From a candidate division FCPU426 bacterium (GTDB lineage Bacteria; Oederibacteriota; JAAXVQ01; JAUVAV01), in NCBI GenBank assembly GCA_030637655.1, contig DAOWGI010000051.1:1-11834 (forward strand): DNA of 11,834 bases. The letters run 5' to 3'. Made by a program: the position numbers and the translations under genes. Below the pieces are notes generated by a model. It was not told where the DNA came from and ran no database searches. It saw only the letters and a program-made list of their open reading frames with translations. Of the stretch, positions 8,515 through 11,834 are shown in pieces. The first letter of the stretch is position 1; every line of letters starts with the position of its first letter.

Positions 8515-9535
8515 CACTGCCTCGATTTTCAATCAAATGTATTTCCCTTTCCAGCTCGGCTTTTAATTCATCTTCTGTCGGAAGCACTAATCTGTATTTT
8601 GACGCAAAAAGCTGTTCACTCTCTTTTAGTACGGAATATTTAACAACCGTAGCTTCTTTATCACTGCAAAGAATTATCCCTATGGTCGGATTATCGTCCT
8701 TGCCCCGCTTTAGATCATCAAACATACGAACATACATATCAATCTGCCCGATATCCTGATGACTAAGTTTGCCGGTTTTCAGATCAATAAGCACAAAACA
8801 TTTGAGAATGTAGTTATAAAAAACCAAATCAATATAAAAATGGCTGGTTTCAGTACTAATTCTGAATTGCCGGCTTACAAAAGAAAAGCCTTTCCCGATT
8901 TCAAGAAGAAATGATCGAAGGTTGTCTATAATTGCCTTTTCAATGGTTGATTCTTTTAAGTTTGCATTTTCCGGCAGATTAAGAAATTCCATGACATAAG
9001 GATCTTTTATAAAATCACGGGGATTTTCTTTTTCAAAATCTTTTACTGAAATCACAGCACTTTTTTTATCCGAGGACGAAAGTAGTCTTTCGTAGTAATG
9101 GGAATTGATATTTCGTTGCAACTGCCGAACACTCCAGTTTGCTGCTTTGGATTCCTTAAGGTAATATTCGCGAGTTTTAAAATTATCTATCCGCATAATC
9201 AGACGAATATGTGACCAACTCAATTCTCTACACAGTGTGTAGAGTTTTTCGGTTTCCGGAAAGATCAGATAAAACTGTCTAAAATTCCAAAGATTCGCGA
9301 CAGAAAATCCCTTCCCAAACTCTGTATTCAATGCAATAGAAAGATTTTTTATGAGTTCCTGCCCATATTCAGCCCGGTTTTTTCCTTTTTGTTCTTCAAT
9401 CACAATTCTTTTGCCAATACTCCAATAAGCTTCAACCATTGCAGTATTAATGGCAGAATAGGCTTTGTTTCTTGCTTTTTGTAGGATTTCACGAATATCG
9501 CCATAAAATGTGTTATCAATTTTTAGCTTTTTCAT
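8507..9535 (-). CDS. yhcG: YhcG/DUF1016-family PD-(D/E)XK nuclease
   Basis: YW.IG..I..EEQ.G..RA.YG, LSWSH, KDPY..EFL, IDLVFYNYILKCFVLIDLK, D.GQ..MYV and DNPTIGIILC motifs; intact 342 aa. Confidence 0.92.
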   Translation of the reverse strand: MKKLKIDNTFYGDIREILQKARNKAYSAINTAMVEAYWSIGKRIVIEEQKGKNRAEYGQELIKNLSIALNTEFGKGFSVANLWNFRQFYLIFPETEKLYTLCRELSWSHIRLIMRIDNFKTREYYLKESKAANWSVRQLQRNINSHYYERLLSSSDKKSAVISVKDFEKENPRDFIKDPYVMEFLNLPENANLKESTIEKAIIDNLRSFLLEIGKGFSFVSRQFRISTETSHFYIDLVFYNYILKCFVLIDLKTGKLSHQDIGQIDMYVRMFDDLKRGKDDNPTIGIILCSDKEATVVKYSVLKESEQLFASKYRLVLPTEDELKAELEREIHLIENRGSDG

Positions 9536-9536
9536 A

Positions 9537-10043
9537 TCATACCAATCCCTTAATTTCCTTCATTATCTCCGCACTCTCTTTATCCAACGCTTTCATCTGC
9601 TCCAGTATCACCTTCGGCTCGCGCAGTATTGTTTCATCTTTTTTATTCGGATTTTTGACGGATAGATTATACGTCCTGGTATCCACATCTGCTATTTTGA
9701 TTGTCCAGGAATTATTTGAATCTGCTTTGGTTTTCTGCAATTTGACAAATTCTTTCAGATCATCGCCCGTAAGCGCTTTGTGATGATCAAGTAGGGGCGG
9801 TTCGCGAACCGCCCCTACAGATATTTTGGGTACAGCCCAGGTTTCCCATTTAAAAGCCGGCTTAATAATATCCGTATAGGACCTGCCTGCCAATTCCGCT
9901 GCGGTTTTTTTATCTTGCTCCAGGTCATCCAGATATTTTAAGAAAAGAACCCACGAGGTCTGTTCCACATAATCCAGTTCACTGGAGCACCCGGCATCTT
10001 TGTGCAGGATATCATCAATATTTTTAAACGCTTGTTCAAACAT
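9537..10043 (-). pseudogene. hsdM: Type I RM methyltransferase with an in-frame internal deletion of the catalytic domain
   Basis: N-terminus MFEQAFKNIDDILHKDAGCSSELDYVEQTSWVLFLKYLDD is joined at DDLKEFV to an HsdM C-terminus (...YNLSVKNPN...LREP..IL). Only 168 aa; no SAM-binding or NPPF motif. Confidence 0.88.
9791..9818. repeat. GTAG-type REP-like palindrome inside the hsdM frame
   Basis: Perfect 28-bp palindrome GTAGGGGCGGTTCGCGAACCGCCCCTAC, translated as VGAVREPPL. Confidence 0.85.
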
Positions 10044-10079
10044 ACCGCTATTCTCCTATCGACAAACAGAGTCATTATC

Positions 10080-10163
10080 CGAATAACCGGTTATTCGAAT
10101 GCTTTTCCCGGTTATGTATTCAAAACCATTCCAGATTGTACAATTTCCTGTGCTGTAGTGCAA
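10080..10163 (-). promoter_or_regulatory. Promoter of the hsd operon with a downstream 18-bp palindrome
   Basis: TTGCAC (10163-10158), 17 bp, TACAAT (10140-10135); perfect palindrome CGAATAACCGGTTATTCG at 10080-10097. Confidence 0.5.
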
Positions 10164-10413
10164 GTTTTCCGAGGGTAAGTGGGGAAATTGAAAAGTTGAT
10201 AAGGTGAGAAGCTGAGCAAATGGAAAAATTCAAAAATCCTAAGGAATTTAGTGGCTGGCACCATATTATATTTGTTTTCCAGTCAGCGGCCTCTGTCCAA
10301 TTCCGCTGCCGTACCGTGTTTAGTTCCCATTGTAATTTTCCGATAATTAATATTAAAGTGAAAATTGATTTGATTTTCTTGTGTGCATATTACGCACTAA
10401 AAAGGAGCGATTT

Positions 10414-11697
10414 ATGTCTTCCAATGAAAATGAAATGCACAATCCAATAGTCATAGGCCTTACCGGCCCCTTCGGAAGCGGTTGTACGACCTTTGCCAAT
10501 TATTTTGATGATTTAAGTGAATATGATAAAAATCAAAAAAACTGGAGTCAATTTATTAGATATTTAGGATTAAAATACTATTTTAAAAATGATAAAAATG
10601 AAAAGGGAGAACTAGATCTCTCGGAATTCGATGACAAAATATACAGGCTTTATACCAAATTTAAGGAAGAAAAAAGAGCTGTGAATATTTATGAAAAATT
10701 AAAATTCAACCTCGAAAAAAGGGAGCGACTCAATGCCTTAAGCGGAGAAACCAGCAAGCTGGCGCTTTATGTGAATAAAGAAAATCAAGGCGAACACCGT
10801 ATCATATCAATATCTGTTTCAGATGTAATAATATACATGACATTAGGGCACAAAATATCAAACAATAATGCGCCTGATAAAAATAGTGCTGCTCAAAGAA
10901 AAAAAATCGATAATTATCAAAAGATTACTAAAAAGTATAAGTCCAAATATAATGGCCCTTTAACATTAATTAAAAAACACGAGATGATACGGCTGCAAAA
11001 TAAAAAGCAAGTTAAAAACAACGGGAAAACTACAAACCAGAAAATCGAAAATTCTATAATTCAAACATTCCAGACAATTCGCGAAATCAAAAAAGAACTC
11101 AATGGTGGAAAAAAGTATCGAGATTTGCTGCAGGATTTTGGCGATAATATCCGCAGATGTGGAAACCCGTTTGATTACGAAAACAAGTTTGCTTTTGAAA
11201 ACCATATTTCAAATAATCGATGGGAAGACTTCTTAATGTGCGAAGTATCAAAAATAATAAAAATGCTACAGCATGTTGCGCAAGACAGCATTTTTATTAT
11301 TGATAGTATAAAAAACCCATACGAAGTTGAATATCTGCGTGAGAAATTTATGAATTTTTATCTTGTATCCGTCTATGCAGATAAAGCCCAGAGAAAAAAG
11401 AGAGAAGTGGATAAAAGTCTAAATGGCAAAAAAGTCGAGGAACTCGAGAATGAATTTGAAGCAAATGATAAACGTGACAGAGGAAAATCCATTGAATGCG
11501 ATGAGGAATCTTTTTATAAACAGAATGTTAAAAAATGTGTTGAGTTATCCGATATTGCAATAAACAATGAAGCGAGCAAGGGGAAATTTTATGAAAAGAT
11601 ATTGAGATATTTCGCCTTAATCCTTGATAAAGGCTGCACCAAACCGAATACTGATGAAGCGCTGATGAATCAAGCCTATGCCCTGGCTATAAGGTAA
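10414..11697 (+). pseudogene. AvcD-like anti-phage dCTP/dCMP deaminase; P-loop kinase half only, interrupted by IS66
   Basis: IVIGLTGPFGSGCTT P-loop, LQDFGDNIR, FIIDSIKNPYEV..LR, Q.V..C...SDI.INN, then P..DE..M..AY...R, which opens the deaminase domain. The stop TAA lies inside the IS66 end. AAGGAG supports ATG 10414. Confidence 0.8.
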
Positions 11698-11834
11698 GCG
11701 TCAAATTAACTACAGATAGCCATCTGAAAGGCAACGGCTGTAATTATCCATTTAAAATCGGCAGCATATCTTCAGCCTTGACTTGGGTAGGCAATAACCG
11801 GCGCAATTCTTCCGGCGTAGAGGCAGAAGGCAGA
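11694..11834 (-). mobile_element. IS66-family element, right end (partial)
   Basis: Terminus GTAAGCGTC... matches the IS66 GTAAGCG IR start; a TnpC-like C-terminus reads toward it. Confidence 0.8.
11744..11833 (-). CDS. IS66 transposase TnpC, C-terminal fragment
   Basis: Manual translation LPSASTPEELRRLLPTQVKAEDMLPILNG* fits the LP...LLP C-terminal pattern of IS66 TnpC; stop is 50 bp from the IR. Confidence 0.7.
   Translation of the reverse strand: MPSASTPEELRRLLPTQVKAEDMLPILNG

Noticed and set aside
10220-10450. 76-aa ORF upstream of the deaminase
   Set aside because: No recognisable domain, no clear RBS, and it overlaps the deaminase start in another frame; cannot be supported.
11694-11834. 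Self-splicing intron or stop read-through in the deaminase gene
   Set aside because: No GTGCG group II start, a second in-frame TAA follows three codons later, and the IS66 IR plus TnpC tail explain the sequence.

Overview
Bacterial window, probably from a diderm organism (it has a lipoprotein and an outer-membrane barrel), with two parts. Left part (1-6400) is housekeeping: 5' end of obgE, rpmA (L27 with a long C-terminal tail), rplU, a TPR lipoprotein, a DUF3078-like outer-membrane protein, a K+-dependent and probably Na+-pumping membrane pyrophosphatase, and a GNAT acetyltransferase. Its intergenic spaces hold several REP/MITE-like palindromes. Right part (6445-11834) is a decaying defence island. 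It carries a Type I restriction-modification operon (hsdM-yhcG-bro-hsdS-fic-hsdR, minus strand) in which hsdM, hsdS and hsdR are each reduced to terminal stubs, while the passenger genes yhcG (DUF1016 nuclease) and a SoFic-like Fic remain intact. The fic gene has its own promoter covered by 13-bp operator-like boxes. A 120-bp IS200/IS605-like mini-element sits in the hsdR stub, and a 28-bp REP palindrome is read in frame inside the hsdM stub. A divergent AvcD-like anti-phage dCTP deaminase gene is cut by an IS66 element at the kinase/deaminase boundary. All calls come from reading motifs by eye; no database searches were run.
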